Assembly (NCBI RefSeq): GCF_009914755.1
Contig: NC_060935.1
Length of the DNA stretch: 64,000 bases
Origin: the human T2T-CHM13v2.0 reference genome, Homo sapiens
Direction: 5' to 3' (one strand)
Part shown: positions 1 through 14,525 of the stretch, piece after piece
Layout of the letters: every line of letters begins with the position of its first letter
Numbering within the stretch: position 1 is the first letter of the stretch
Notes under the pieces: model-generated
Database searches by the model: none
What the model was told of the DNA's origin: nothing
Seen by the model: the letters and a program-made list of their open reading frames with translations, nothing else
Translations under genes and position numbers: made by a program

Positions 1-1728
1 TGCTAAATTTCAGTTACATGTAAGTAAAAATACAGATTTTTTTTCTATAAACTTCACCAGCCCCCTAGTGTTCTGTGGACCCCAGATTAAGACTTCCTGG
101 GACAAAATATATAGCCTAGGAAGACAAGATCCTAGGTTTGGAAAGAACGTATTTGATCCACTGAAATAAAAGAACAATGACTAGACAAAAAGCAGCTCAG
201 CTGCTTGTAGCTTGAACCAAGCTGAGCTTGGCTACTCAGAGAAGAACAGTCCTTGAGATAATATAATTTTTTTTAACCAATTAAGATACAGCTCTGGGTT
301 TTCAGGGGGAATTTGCTACAGATCCACAGTATGAAGGCAGTGGCCCTTCCTCAGAACTTGAATGTGAGGGTCAGACATTGCCAAAGTCCAAGGAATAAGG
401 ACCAGGTATCTCAAGGCCAAGAGTTTGGAGAACAGGTTTCTCCCTAAAACAAGCCCTATGGGTAATCCCATCATTCTTCCCATTCAGAGTATGGACACCA
501 GTCTTCTCTTAGATTCAGAGTATGGGGTTGATTCTCTCCTGCTCCCTCGGAGCCAGTTGCAGAGCCCACATTTTCTTCTCTCCTTACTGCCTATGGTTCC
601 AGACCTGGCTTGCATCCAGGGATCTGACCCATTCCATGTTTCCTTATGGCTAAAGGTGGTAGGGAGGAGCTTCAAGAAAGGTTATAGCATTGAAAGGCCC
701 AGGTTTGTGTCTCAGTAACAAGGCTTATAAATCCTGACTCAGAAGTCAGGTAGGCTGCGGGCAGTCTCATTATTGCTTCGATGCTTGTTGGTTCAAGATA
801 AATTGCTTCACCTGCTCATTTTTAAGCATTTTATTTGTTTATCATATGAGATACCATGAAAAATGGATTATTGCTTTTCTTTCCTATATTAAAAGCCCAA
901 AGTTCAGAGAGATAAGTGTTATGGCCATCCAGGATAGATCAGAAAGATTAGACAGTCAGAAAAAGTAATCAGTAAGAATATTCATTTATTGTCTATATAA
1001 TTAAAATTAGTAAAATAAAATCTATGTATGTCTTAAGACATTTAAGTATAAAGGACTTTTAGAAAGAAACACCCAAATTCGATGAAGATTAATTCCTGCC
1101 TGTTTGGGTTTGCTTTAGCATTTGTAATTTCTTAAGTTCTATGCAGGATTCTAAAAACTGTAAGATGCCTAATTTAAACAAGGAAACATCCAATATTTTC
1201 TTAAATCTTTCTGGCTAATTTATGACATATGTTTAACCTGAAGAGTCAAATATTGTACTGTTCTTAGATGCTATTAGTATGAAAAATTATATAAATTAGA
1301 TTCTTGTTAGGTAAAGTAGGCCCTTCACTTCACTGAATGTTTTTCATGGTATTATCTAAGAAATAAATACTTTAATGAATATTCTTTACCACAAATAACT
1401 TACTTTATTTTTATTTTTAAAATAGGAAAAATATAAACAAGGCTTGTAAACCACTGATAGGAAAAGAGCTGCTTAGGATTCTAAATTAGCCAGATTTTAA
1501 ATTATTCTGCTTCCATTATGTATCTAAATCTATATTCTCAGAACAAAAATAGATGTAAGCAAATGATTCTACTAGATTTTGTGTTAGATTTTGCATTATC
1601 CAGGAATGACTTGGATATCACAAGTCATAAATTCTGTGGCTGCCTTGCAGGAAGCCTGTGGCTATTTTCTAGTGTAATTGTAAAGAATGAGAGAATAGAC
1701 CATAACAAGTGTTCAAACTGTTGCTTTC

Positions 1729-1968
1729 TTGTTTTCAACTTTTATTTTAAGTTCAGGGGTACGTGTACAGGATGTGCAGGTTTGTTACATAGATAAATGA
1801 ATGTCAAGGGGGTTTGTTGTATAGATGATCTCATCACTCAGGTATTACGCTTAGCATCCATTAGTGATTTTTCCTGATCCTCTCCTTCTCTCACCCTCCA
1901 CCCTCTGATAGGCCCCAGTATGCGTTGTTTCCCTCTATGAGTCCATGTGTTCTCATCATTTAGCTTCT
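1729..1968 (-). mobile_element. 5'-truncated L1PA 3'-end fragment
   Basis: Antisense L1 3'UTR (TTTTAAGTTCAGGGGTACGTGTACAGGATGTGCAGGTTTGTTACATAG), flanked by the 13-bp direct repeat AACTGTTGCTTTC at 1716-1728 and 1969-1981 (TSD). Confidence 0.85.
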
Positions 1969-3279
1969 AACTGTTGCTTTCGTAGTGTACCTCTGCCTCA
2001 TCTCTCACGAAGTTTGCAGGTGAGTTTGAGCCAGGGCTGAGGCTCATTCTCAAGAGTAATCTCTCTCTCTGGCAACTTGGAGCACAGACATCCTATTGTG
2101 TGACTGACCTCGGGAGCCACTGTGCCTAAAGTACAACCAGAGTTACTTGTGAATGTTAATTAAGCAGGAGGGATCTTTAATGGGAAAAAGGAGTAGAAAG
2201 CCAGAATCAGCCAGTTATGCCACACTTTCCTACATCATGGGCACTGAAGGTTAAAACTTGAGTCTGTCAACTTAGAAAACTCATAAATATCCCATTTTCC
2301 GCTGAAATATAGCTTTACTTTCCTGGTTTCTTTGACCTTTTGGGACCTTGAGTAAGTAAAGATGCCTTCATTTATTTTCATGATTAAAATTCTAAGAAAT
2401 TCTTGGGTTTTTTTAATTAAATTGCATTGCCTAATGTATTTATGAACTAAGAACATAGAAATAAAACAATACTCTGAAGTAGTTCAGAATGTGCTTTCAA
2501 TTTATATAAAGAGTTAATTCAAATGAGACTATTTTAAGTGCAGGGCTTTGAATCTTATGTCTAGAAATTTTGAAAAACCTCTGATTATATGCTAAGATTC
2601 CACCTCTAGTGCTAGAACTGAGAAGTCCTTGACTTGGTGATCTTTTTTAAATTCTGAAACAACAGCAACATAAAGCTAAGGACTTTTTCTTGCCTATGCA
2701 TGCTATCTTCAGTACTTTGATTATTTAGTATTGAAACTATAACATAGTATGTTTCCTGAATAAAAAATGTGTATTTCTCTGGAGAAGGTTAAAACTGAGG
2801 ATTGGCAAGTGAGCAAGGCTTAAATGGAAGAAGCAATGATCTCGTCAGACCACCTTCATTAACGAGATCATCCATCATGAGGAAATATGGAAAACCAGGC
2901 CCCCTCTGTTTTGTGTCACTAAGGGTGAGGATGCTGAATGATTTTTCCCTCCCCCGGGCTTCTTTTAGCCATCAATAATTCTAGCCCCACAGGAGTTTGT
3001 TCTGAAAGTAAACTTCCACAACCGCAAGCTTATTGAGGCTAAGGCATCTGTGAAGGAAAGAAACATCTCCTCTAAACCACTATGCTGCTAGAGCCTCTTT
3101 TCTGTACTCAAGCCTCATTCAGACACTAGTGTCACCAGTCTCCTCATATACCTATTGTATTTTCTTCTTCTTGCTGGTTTAGTCATGTTTTCTGGGAGCT
3201 TAGGGGCTTATTTTATTTTGTTTTGTTTTCTAATCAACAGAGATGGGCAAACCCATTATTTTTTTCTTTAGACTTGGGA

Positions 3280-3515
3280 TGGTGATAGCTGGGCAGCGTC
3301 AGAAACTGTGTGTGGATATAGATAAGAGCTCAGGACTATGCTGAGCTGTGATGAGGGAGGGGCCTAGCTAAAGGCAGTGAGAGTCAGAATGCTCCTGCTA
3401 TTGCCTTCTCAGTCCCCACGCTTGGTTTCTACACAAGTAGATACATAGAAAAGGCTATAGGTTAGTGTTTGAGAGTCCTGCATGATTAGTTGCTCAGAAA
3501 TGCCCGATAAATATG
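3280..3515. promoter_or_regulatory. beta-globin LCR 5'HS1
   Basis: GATA motifs (TGATAG ~3283, AGATAA ~3320, CGATAA ~3505) and a TGCTGAG half-MARE, about 4.7 kb from the HS2 core, matching the known HS1-HS2 spacing. Boundaries approximate. Confidence 0.75.
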
Positions 3516-3517
3516 TT

Positions 3518-3543
3518 ATGTGTGTTTATGTATATATATGTTT

Positions 3544-3580
<37 letters not shown>

Positions 3581-3587
3581 TGTGTTT
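3518..3587. repeat. Compound (TA)n(TG)n microsatellite beside HS1
   Basis: Directly visible TA and TG dinucleotide runs. Confidence 0.9.
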
Positions 3588-3731
3588 ACAAATATGTGAT
3601 TATCATCAAAACGTGAGGGCTAAAGTGACCAGATAACTTGCAAGTCCTAGGATACCAGGAAAATAAATTACATTCCAAAAATTTAACTGAGACTTTAAAA
3701 AAAAAAAAAAAAAAAAAAAAAACCAGTGATC

Positions 3732-3893
3732 CATGGACACAGGGAGGGGAACATCACACACTGGGGCCTGTTGGGGGTGGGGGGCTAGGGGAAGGATAGC
3801 ATTAGGAGAAATACCTAATGTAGATGACGGGTTGATGGGTGCAGCAAACCACCATGGCACATGTACCCCAGAACTTAAAGCATATTAAAAAAA
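3732..3893 (+). mobile_element. Short L1PA 3'-end fragment
   Basis: CATGGACACAGGGAGGGGAACATCACACACTGGGGCCTG...GCAGCAAACCACCATGGCACATG; flanked by A-run+CAGTGATC on both sides (TSD-like) and preceded by a long poly(A) run. Confidence 0.85.
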
Positions 3894-4557
3894 CAGTGAT
3901 CATAAAAGAAGCTCAAATTTAACTATAAGAGACGGAATGGCTCCCACAATTCTTAACTATAATCTTACAGAATATTCTCATTGAATAGAAGTATGCTTAT
4001 CATTAGAGATTTGGACAGCCAGGAAAGCACAGAAAAAAAAAAAAGGAGCTCTGTTGCCTTATAGCCTAGAGGTGTTTTGAACCTCACATAACACTGATGT
4101 CCAGGCCAAGGCCATCCTTCCCATGAAGATGGATGAATAAGCCATATCTGACACCTATGAAATAATGTTTACTTTAGTGGCATATTGCATTAGGCTACCT
4201 GCCTTGGCACAGTTTTTCTTTACTTTTACCTGACTGATGAAACAATTAATTGCTTACATAAACATGAGTGCTCTAGTTATAAATTCCAGTGTAAAAAACA
4301 CCCTGGTTTCGATATTCATCTTTTGAGCCTTTTATTTTGGTCAGAACAAGTTTTCAAGAGCAAATCTCAGCCTACAAAACAAATGAGTCCAATTCTAGAA
4401 CTCAGTAATCCCATCAAGGCTCTGCCTGCGGAGGGCTAACTAGCTCTATGCAGGCTTAGCACTTCCAGCTCTACTCCACTGATTTCTTTGTGTGTGCATA
4501 GCAGTGGATGTGTCAGCATACATCCTTTTAATTATAGTTGTATATGTGTTTGACTGC

Positions 4558-5470
4558 TCATTCATTCATTCAAAATTGTAAAATTGCTAAGAATACAGCA
4601 CAAAAACAGAATAGAGGAATAAAGTTCCTGTTTTCATGGACTTGATAGTGGAAAGAGCTTGACATTAAATAAGCAAATGAAACATGTTATATACCAATGA
4701 GATTAGGTGCTATGGAGAAAAAAAAAAAACTGAAATGAAGGCCAGAGTGTGATTAGGACAGGGTGAAAGGGTATCGCTACTTTAAGTAGTATGGCAGGAA
4801 AGTCCTCACTATAAAGTTAACACCTGAGAGAGTACCCATAGATGATGAGGAACCCATTTATATGAAACTATGATTAAATATTTAGGGCATAGGGAATGGC
4901 AAATGTAAATACCCTAAAGATGTAAGATGCTTAGAATTTTCAAGGAATATCAATAAGGCCAATGTAGGATGAGATTCGGTGAAGGGGAGAATAAAAGATG
5001 AGATCATAGAAGTCCTAAATTATAAAATTTGGGACACTAATAATACCTACATCATAGAGTTGTAAGAAAAAACACTCTACACACATACACATAAATATAT
5101 ATATTTATTTATATGAGAGCTATATATATGTATCTGTAATAAACATAATATATGCATGAACAACTATTGTAGAGAATTGTAAGGATTTGGTTTTATTATA
5201 AATGATATAGGAAACTATCAGAAGACTTTGAACAAAGAGGTGACCATATATGACTTACATTTTGAAAAGACTAATTTGGATAGTATATTGGGAAGAAATT
5301 GTAGTGGGGCAGTGGTAGAAGCAGGAAGATTGTTATGAGTCAACAGCTATAATTTAGGTGGTGGTGACAGTGACTTAGACCAGAGTGGTAGCATTGGAGG
5401 TGAAGGCAAGGGGTCAGCCTCTGAAAACATCCTTTCACGAAAAACCAACAGGATTTTCTGACAGAGAATA
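4558..5470 (-). mobile_element. Degenerate L2 LINE
   Basis: CATTCATTCATTCA terminal motif followed by L2-like degenerate sequence. Boundaries approximate. Confidence 0.5.
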
Positions 5471-5867
5471 TGGAATTGGTGTGTGTGTGTGTTGCACTCA
5501 TGCACACTCTAGTGCATGCTAATTTCTGGCTGTGAGTATATGTCAGAGTAAGGATTTTGAAGCTAGGCAAAGTGAGTCTTTGGGTTGAATTTTGTCAAGG
5601 TGTTTGTTCATCACAGTCTCTACCTCAGAATTGGCTTTAAAATTGGAAAGCTGGGTGGGTGGATATGGAAATGAGAAACCATCTCTGGAGCTTGTCTACA
5701 CATCATACCTTTAGCCAAAGTGACATCAAGTATTTCTTGGATGCTGACCAGAGGCTTCTGAGCCAGGCCCCTCTAGCTGAAGGAAGTTCACAGTTTCTTT
5801 AAGGAGGGAAAATGGTAGATAAGTCAGAGAACAATCAGACAGAATTCTGTTCGGTCAGGGAATTTGA

Positions 5868-6186
<319 letters not shown>

Positions 6187-7858
6187 GGAATTTGATGTTT
6201 AGGCTGTGACCTCTGCACTAGGAATGGAAGGTTAGCCACTCCCACCCCACCCTTCGTCCTGCAAGTACCCAATCACACTGCAGAGCCACACCTGCCTTCC
6301 TTAGAGGCGTGCCTCCATCCCTGATGAGTTTTTCCTCCATGTGTAGAATTGAATAAGAAGGATAGAATTCAATTTAACAAGCTTTGAGTACTTCCTATAG
6401 CCTAGGCATTGTGCTGACAACTATGTTAGAGAGAGAAATAGACAAGCTATAAACTTTTCCTCAGGACCATCTACATAATTTCTAGGCCCAATATAAAATG
6501 AAAATGAATAGCCCCTTTGTCAAAAATTAAGGATTTCATGTCAGGAACAGCAAGGATGTTAAACCAAGCATGGGGCCATCAAGCTATATCTGCTATTCAT
6601 GATACGAAAAAATAAAGAGTATTCTAGTTATTTAGCCACATATTTCAAGTTTAGTCTGATATCACCCTTTAAACACTGCCACTCAACCTAAAACAATGCT
6701 AGTCTTTCTAGACCCATCCATGGAATTTTTTCCCCACTGTTTTTTTTCTAATTAATTTGTGATTTAAATGGCTCATATTCCAGCCTGTGCCACAGTTATT
6801 ACACATTTAACTCACTCTCTGTATTTTGTTATCTGTATAAATACTCTTCAGGTTGATTTCCTTTCTTAATGTTTGTGTTTATGTTAGATATGCATCATGT
6901 AGCCTGTCTTCATTTCTATCACAAACATACACTTGAACCAAAAAGGAAGTTTTTACATAGCATCACTAAATCTTCTCTCTGTGCTCTTAGCGAAACCAAG
7001 TAGGCTGACAAGACATCATTCATTCACAGCGAAACCGAGTAGACTGACAAGAGGTCATTCATTCACAAATGAATACAAAAAACAGTGTCAAGTATACGTG
7101 AGGTCCTGTAATGGGTCCTGGGCCTGCAAAACCCTCACAGCTGCTAACCTCAAGAAGCTCAGTGGAGACATAACATTCATCTGAAAATTCCTTGCATGTC
7201 TGTTGAACTAATTTATCTGCCTCTCCTTAAATTTGTTCCTTTTTGTATAGTTCCTTAAGTCATGTCACATTTCTGAAACATCTTTGCCACTGTGAACTCC
7301 TACAGAAGCCAGCTTCAAAGCCATTCTTCTGGAAGCCTTCTCTATCCCCTTGACCTCCTGTTTTTTCTCCCACAAGCATTATGTCTGTCTGTCATTGTTT
7401 TTCATCCTCTTGTAGTCCTTCACAGTTACCCACACAGGTGAACCCTTTTAGCTCTCCTGGAGGAATGTTTCTTTCCTCTCAGGATCAGAGTTGCCTACAT
7501 CTTCCTAATGCACCAAGACTGGCCTGAGATGTATCCTTAAGATGAGAGCTTCCCAGTAGCACCCCAAGTCAGATCTGACCCCGTATGTGAGCATGTGTCC
7601 TCTAACAGCACAGGCCTTTTGCCACCTAGCTGTCCAGGGGTGCCTTAAAATGGCAAACAAGGTTTGTTTTCTTTTCCTGTTTTCATGCCTTCCTCTTCCA
7701 TATCCTTGTTTCATATTAATACATGTGTATAGATCCTAAAAATCTATACACATGTATTAATAAAGCCTGATTCTGCCGCTTCTAGGTATAGAGGCCACCT
7801 GCAAGATAAATATTTGATTCACAATAACTAATCATTCTATGGCAATTGATAACAACAA

Positions 7859-7908
7859 ATATATATATATATATATATACGTATATGTGTATATATATAT
7901 ATATATAT
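7859..7908. repeat. HS2-flanking (AT)x-N12-(AT)y polymorphic repeat
   Basis: (AT)10 ACGTATATGTGT (AT)9 on the plus strand, which reads (AT)9N12(AT)10 in globin orientation. Confidence 0.92.
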
Positions 7909-7924
7909 TCAGGAAATAATATAT

Positions 7925-8304
7925 TCTAGAATATGTCACATTCTGTCTCAGGCATCCATTTTCTTTATGATGCCGTTTGAGGTGGAGTTTTAGTCAGGTG
8001 GTCAGCTTCTCCTTTTTTTTGCCATCTGCCCTGTAAGCATCCTGCTGGGGACCCAGATAGGAGTCATCACTCTAGGCTGAGAACATCTGGGCACACACCC
8101 TAAGCCTCAGCATGACTCATCATGACTCAGCATTGCTGTGCTTGAGCCAGAAGGTTTGCTTAGAAGGTTACACAGAACCAGAAGGCGGGGGTGGGGCACT
8201 GACCCCGACAGGGGCCTGGCCAGAACTGCTCATGCTTGGACTATGGGAGGTCACTAATGGAGACACACAGAAATGTAACAGGAACTAAGGAAAAACTGAA
8301 GCTT
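7925..8304. promoter_or_regulatory. beta-globin LCR 5'HS2 core enhancer
   Basis: Tandem NF-E2/AP-1 MAREs TGACTCA-TCA-TGACTCAGCA 8113-8132, GATA AGATAG 8055-8060, E-box CATCTG 8084-8089, CACCC boxes ~8094 and ~8188. XbaI (7925) to HindIII (8299) is 374 bp, the classic core fragment. Confidence 0.97.
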
Positions 8305-8480
8305 ATTTAATCAGAGATGAGGATGCTGGAAGGGATAGAGGGAGCTGAGCTTGTAAAAAGTATAGTAATCATTCAGCAAATGGTTTTGAAGCACCTGCTG
8401 GATGCTAAACACTATTTTCAGTGCTTGAATCATAAATAAGAATAAAACATGTATCTTATTCCCCACAAGAGTCCAAGTAA

Positions 8481-8869
<389 letters not shown>

Positions 8870-10850
8870 TAAAAATTAAGAAAACATAAGTTGGACCTTG
8901 AGAAATGAAAATTTATTTTTTTGTTGGAGGATACCCATTCTCTATCTCCCATCAGGGCAAGCTGTAAGGAACTGGCTAAGACACAGTGAGACAGAGTGAC
9001 TTAGTCTTAGAGGCCCCACTGGTACCCAGATGAGAAGGCACCTTCATCACTCATCACAGTCAGCTCTGCCTTTCTCCTCTCTCCTTTCTCATCAGAAATT
9101 TCATAAGTCTACTAGGGTCAGGCAGATCACATAAGAAAAGAGGATGCCAGTTAAGGTCTGCAGTGAGTATGAGCCCATCCCTGATGAATTAAGGCAATCA
9201 ACACTTTAGGCAGCCATGTTGCCATGAGAGATTAGGAGGGGCCAAATGAGCCCAGAAATACCACCTACTTCTTAGATGATCTTGAGCAAGTTGCTTAACT
9301 TCTTGAAGTCTCTGAAATATAGGATGATAATATGTATTAGCTAATAGAATTATGAGGATGAGATTAGTTTATTGTGTAAAGAACTAGGGACACAGTATAT
9401 ATTCAGTAAGTGTTTTCTGTTACAGTATTATGATAAATATATACATGCAACTATTACAGTTGCATGCTACCTTAAAGAATAATTGGAGGTACAGTTATTC
9501 GGAGGTATTTCTTGACTGTTAATGTTGGCAGCAGATTCAGCTTATTTTACAACACTATTCAGACCTCTCACAATAATTCCCTAGGAGATATTTAGACAAC
9601 AAGCCATCATGTTGTAACTTCTCATTTGTCTTTTCTCACTTACCCTCTCATTCACCCACCTCTTTTGCTCTCTGTTCCTGTGAAAGTACCCTTCTACTTA
9701 GCCTACTTTTGACCAGTGTGCATGTCACTGGGCAATACAAGACCTCTGAGCTTTGGCTTAGAAGGAAATACAATAATGGCTAATTTTTGAGAAAGAGGAA
9801 CTCTAGCCCATCAGGGAAGACATAGGGAGTTCTGTAGGAATGAGTTCTTCCATTCTTTTTACAGATGAGAAAGACAATGTGAAGCCCCAAATGATTTTAA
9901 AGTAGTTAGCATATGGAGAAATGGCTTGCATTGGTAAAATTTGGGGAAACTTTGTTGTCAGACCCGGCAAAGGGAGATGCAGAGAATCTGCAGTTTCTTC
10001 TCATTTCTTGTGTACCTATCACAGCACCACAGCACTATTCCTAGCATAGTTTAGGGCCCTCAGTTCTTGACGCTAGTTAGAATTTCACACAAACTTAAAC
10101 TAGACAAACATATGTATGTTTCTGAGGCACTGAGGTCACTGCAGGATGAAGACGGAGCCAATGGGTTAGACCAGAAGAGTAAATGAACACTATAACACAT
10201 AAACACTCCCTTTAACCAAAGTTGCAGCTTGACCAAGGGGTCAAAGGGTAATTTGGGCAGGCATGGGCCTTCAGTTTTCTCAAGTGTCTGCTTATAATTT
10301 GTCATATGACAATCTCTGTAACCCAAGAGAAAATCTCTTTATTCTGAAGTTGTTTCTAAATTTTTCTTTACCTTTTTCTCCCTCAAACTTTCCTGAAGAA
10401 ATGCAATTATGGTTGAGGAAGTATGGTCTGCAACTGTGGCTTGGACCACAACTTCCAATCGCCAAGAAGTAAAAGTAAGAAGCAAGGGCCACAGGGCAGG
10501 AATATCTACTTCTAATTTCTCGCATCCACAATATCTGAGTTTGTGTTTTGCTGTGGAAAAAACACTGTCTTCAGAGGTAGCAGAACTGGGTCTACATCCT
10601 AGCCTTACTACTTGGTGGTTCTGTAAGCTTGGACAAATTATTTCATGTCTTTGATTTTCGAGTCCCCAGTTAATAAGAGCTCATGTAATGTAGACAGTAG
10701 GAGAGCTCAGACCATCTGACTTCTAATTACTAATTGTCTACTTATTAGCTTGTGCTTTCAATAAGTTGATCTACACTACAAGTACATTGGGCTCCTCATC
10801 AATAAATGAGGTAATAATCTACTTCTGAGTATTGGTGTGAGTAAAACTAA

Positions 10851-11183
<333 letters not shown>

Positions 11184-12011
11184 TCATATGATAAACTTAA
11201 ATTTGATTCTAGCATATACTAAGTACTCAAGAGGTGTTACTTATCATTAGTATTAATTATAGTATGTTCAATAATACATATCTCACAGAATTACCATATG
11301 TAATGAGATTATTAAATATCATAAAATGGCACCTGACATATAGAAAGATTTCAGTAAGTATTAATTCCCACTTCTCTTTCATTTACCTCCAGCCTAAATC
11401 TACACTATTTCCTCGTGTCTCTCATGTGGTTTCTAGTCCCTTCACCATCTTGTTTCCCTCTCAACTCCTGTGCAGATTCCTAAAAATTTCTCATGTTCAG
11501 AACCTTGGGCTTCCATGTTTCCAGTGAAGTCAGATTTTTTTAGATGGCAAAGTTGCTGTTAGACAATTTCATCTGTGCCCTGCTTAGGAGCTTAATCTTT
11601 AATGAAAGCTAAGCTTTCATTAAAAAAAGTCTAACCAGCTGCATTCGACTTTGACTGCAGCAGCTGGTTAGAAGGTTCTACTGGAGGAGGGTCCCAGCCC
11701 ATTGCTAAATTAACATCAGGCTCTGAGACTGGCAGTATATCTCTAACAGTGGTTGATGCTATCTTCTGGAACTTGCCTGCTACATTGAGACCACTGACCC
11801 ATACATAGGAAGCCCATAGCTCTGTCCTGAACTGTTAGGCCACTGGTCCAGAGAGTGTGCATCTCCTTTGATCCTCATAATAACCCTATGAGATAGACAC
11901 AATTATTACTCTTACTTTATAGATGATGATCCTGAAAACATAGGAGTCAAGGCACTTGCCCCTAGCTGGGGGTATAGGGGAGCAGTCCCATGTAGTAGTA
12001 GAATGAAAAAT

Positions 12012-12280
12012 GCTGCTATGCTGTGCCTCCCCCACCTTTCCCATGTCTGCCCTCTACTCATGGTCTATCTCTCCTGGCTCCTGGGAGTCATGGACTCCAC
12101 CCAGCACCACCAACCTGACCTAACCACCTATCTGAGCCTGCCAGCCTATAACCCATCTGGGCCCTGATAGCTGGTGGCCAGCCCTGACCCCACCCCACCC
12201 TCCCTGGAACCTCTGATAGACACATCTGGCACACCAGCTCGCAAAGTCACCGTGAGGGTCTTGTGTTTGCTGAGTCAAAA
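12012..12280. promoter_or_regulatory. beta-globin LCR 5'HS3 core
   Basis: Alternating GATA (CTATCT, TGATAG) and CACCC motifs (CCACCC, CCCCACCCCACCC), plus MARE TGCTGAGTCA at 12268-12277. Fnu4HI (12012) to HphI (site at 12247) gives ~225 bp, the classic core. Confidence 0.95.
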
Positions 12281-14525
12281 TTCCTTGAAATCCAAGTCCT
12301 TAGAGACTCCTGCTCCCAAATTTACAGTCATAGACTTCTTCATGGCTGTCTCCTTTATCCACAGAATGATTCCTTTGCTTCATTGCCCCATCCATCTGAT
12401 CCTCCTCATCAGTGCAGCACAGGGCCCATGAGCAGTAGCTGCAGAGTCTCACATAGGTCTGGCACTGCCTCTGACATGTCCGACCTTAGGCAAATGCTTG
12501 ACTCTTCTGAGCTCAGTCTTGTCATGGCAAAATAAAGATAATAATAGTGTTTTTTTATGGAGTTAGCGTGAGGATGGAAAACAATAGCAAAATTGATTAG
12601 ACTATAAAAGGTCTCAACAAATAGTAGTAGATTTTATCATCCATTAATCCTTCCCTCTCCTCTCTTACTCATCCCATCACGTATGCCTCTTAATTTTCCC
12701 TTACCTATAATAAGAGTTATTCCTCTTATTATATTCTTCTTATAGTGATTCTGGATATTAAAGTGGGAATGAGGGGCAGGCCACTAACGAAGAAGATGTT
12801 TCTCAAAGAAGCCATTCTCCCCACATAGATCATCTCAGCAGGGTTCAGGAAGATAAAGGAGGATCAAGGTCGAAGGTAGGAACTAAGGAAGAACACTGGG
12901 CAAGTGGATCCAGGTTGTCCAACGCTGAAAGTAGGAATCTAAGCACTAGTCTCTGGATGCTAGGAGGGCCTCTGCATGGGTAACTCTTTCAACTAGCCAG
13001 GGGCTGGACTGTGGAGAAACCATTTCCAGATAGAAGTGAGGAGATTCCAGCAGGAAACACTTAAGAGAGGATCCCTGGAAGTTCGGGGCAGGAGGCTCCC
13101 TGTCACATGAAGGAAACCTGCTCAGCGTAGGCTCTAGGTTCTTCCCTACTCTTATCCAATGGGGCTTCTGATTTTAAGCCAGTCTTCACAAAGCCCCAGA
13201 TTTCTACATGCTGGAGCCCTGAATGGGCAGGAAGCATTGCGGTTTCCATTTCATTCAGAGCTCTTTCATACCCTGCTTCCCCATAGTTTGTCTCAACATT
13301 TCTGTTGATAATCTGATTCATGCAACCAAGAATTATGAGAGAGCCTTCAGTCATGCCTAGGCCTGCATTTATTGTTGTGCATATGATGGGGTAGCAGACA
13401 AGAAAACGTTAACAGCATAGACTTTCTCAGAGCTATATGAGTTTGGGAATTAATCAAGACCAGCCTTTTGCTCAGGGTAGAAATCCCCTATAGGGATTTA
13501 TTCAATGATGGGTTAAAAGCTTTCTATATGGTGAGGAGCTCACAGATTTTCCAAGCCCTTGCTTTTGCTAGACAGCTTAATGTTTATGAAATTCTTACAC
13601 ACAGAAGAATCTTCTAATCCTGGGTTACATAATATAACTTGATTCCCTATTCCAGAAGATAATATTCCCATATTCTGAAGCATTCATGCATTTGTTAAAT
13701 AATAGGCATAGTGACAAGTGCCAGAACTCTAACAGTCAACCAGAGAGCCACAGTTTTCAACTTCACAAAGTTAACCATCTAACTGAAGACAGCAGCAATC
13801 AAAACCACCACCCCTTCTCCACATGGTGTAGTCTTTCCTGATGTCAGGGATGTTAGGCTCAGGTTAGGAAAGTCAGACTATCATCCCAGAGCAGGACACA
13901 GACGAATAAAGTGTAATTTTTTAGTCACTTAGGAAAAACAGTGGAATGCAAAGAGTAAAAAATGCTTTCTGAATGGATAACTTGGCCTGGGAGGCCTTTG
14001 GAAGCAGAGACTGGAGCTTAAATTTAAACATCTTTGTATCCCCAGCATCCAGCATACAGACTGCCAAGAAGTACATGTCAATAAATATTTATTGGATAGT
14101 GAGCAAAGACATAATTAGGACCAAATCTCAATTCTACTATTTGCTAGTAGTTTATGTTTGTGTGTGTGAGAGTGTATGCTTGAGCAAGTTGAGAGGTAGT
14201 TTTTTTAACTGTAGTAAAATGGGGATAATAATAGTATCTACCTGAAAGAATCCAAGAGTATTAAATATGATTAATTATGCAAAGCACTAATTACAGTCTC
14301 TGATAGCCTTCAATAAATGTCAGTTATTTTTATTATTACAGTTAAAGATGAATGGGCATAAAGTACAGAACACTAGTTTTCACCTGCAGCAAGAATGATT
14401 GCAGTTAAACAAAAAATACTAGCAAACATTTCTAGAGTAGTTAGCATTTATAAGTCACTGCTTTAAACTCTTTGCATGTATTAACTCACTCGGGCTGCAG
14501 AACAATCTTATGAGCCTGTTAAAAC

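Noticed and set aside
1-3000. HBE1 (epsilon-globin) exons
   Set aside because: No globin coding sequence found on either strand; HS spacing places HBE1 about 3 kb left of the window.
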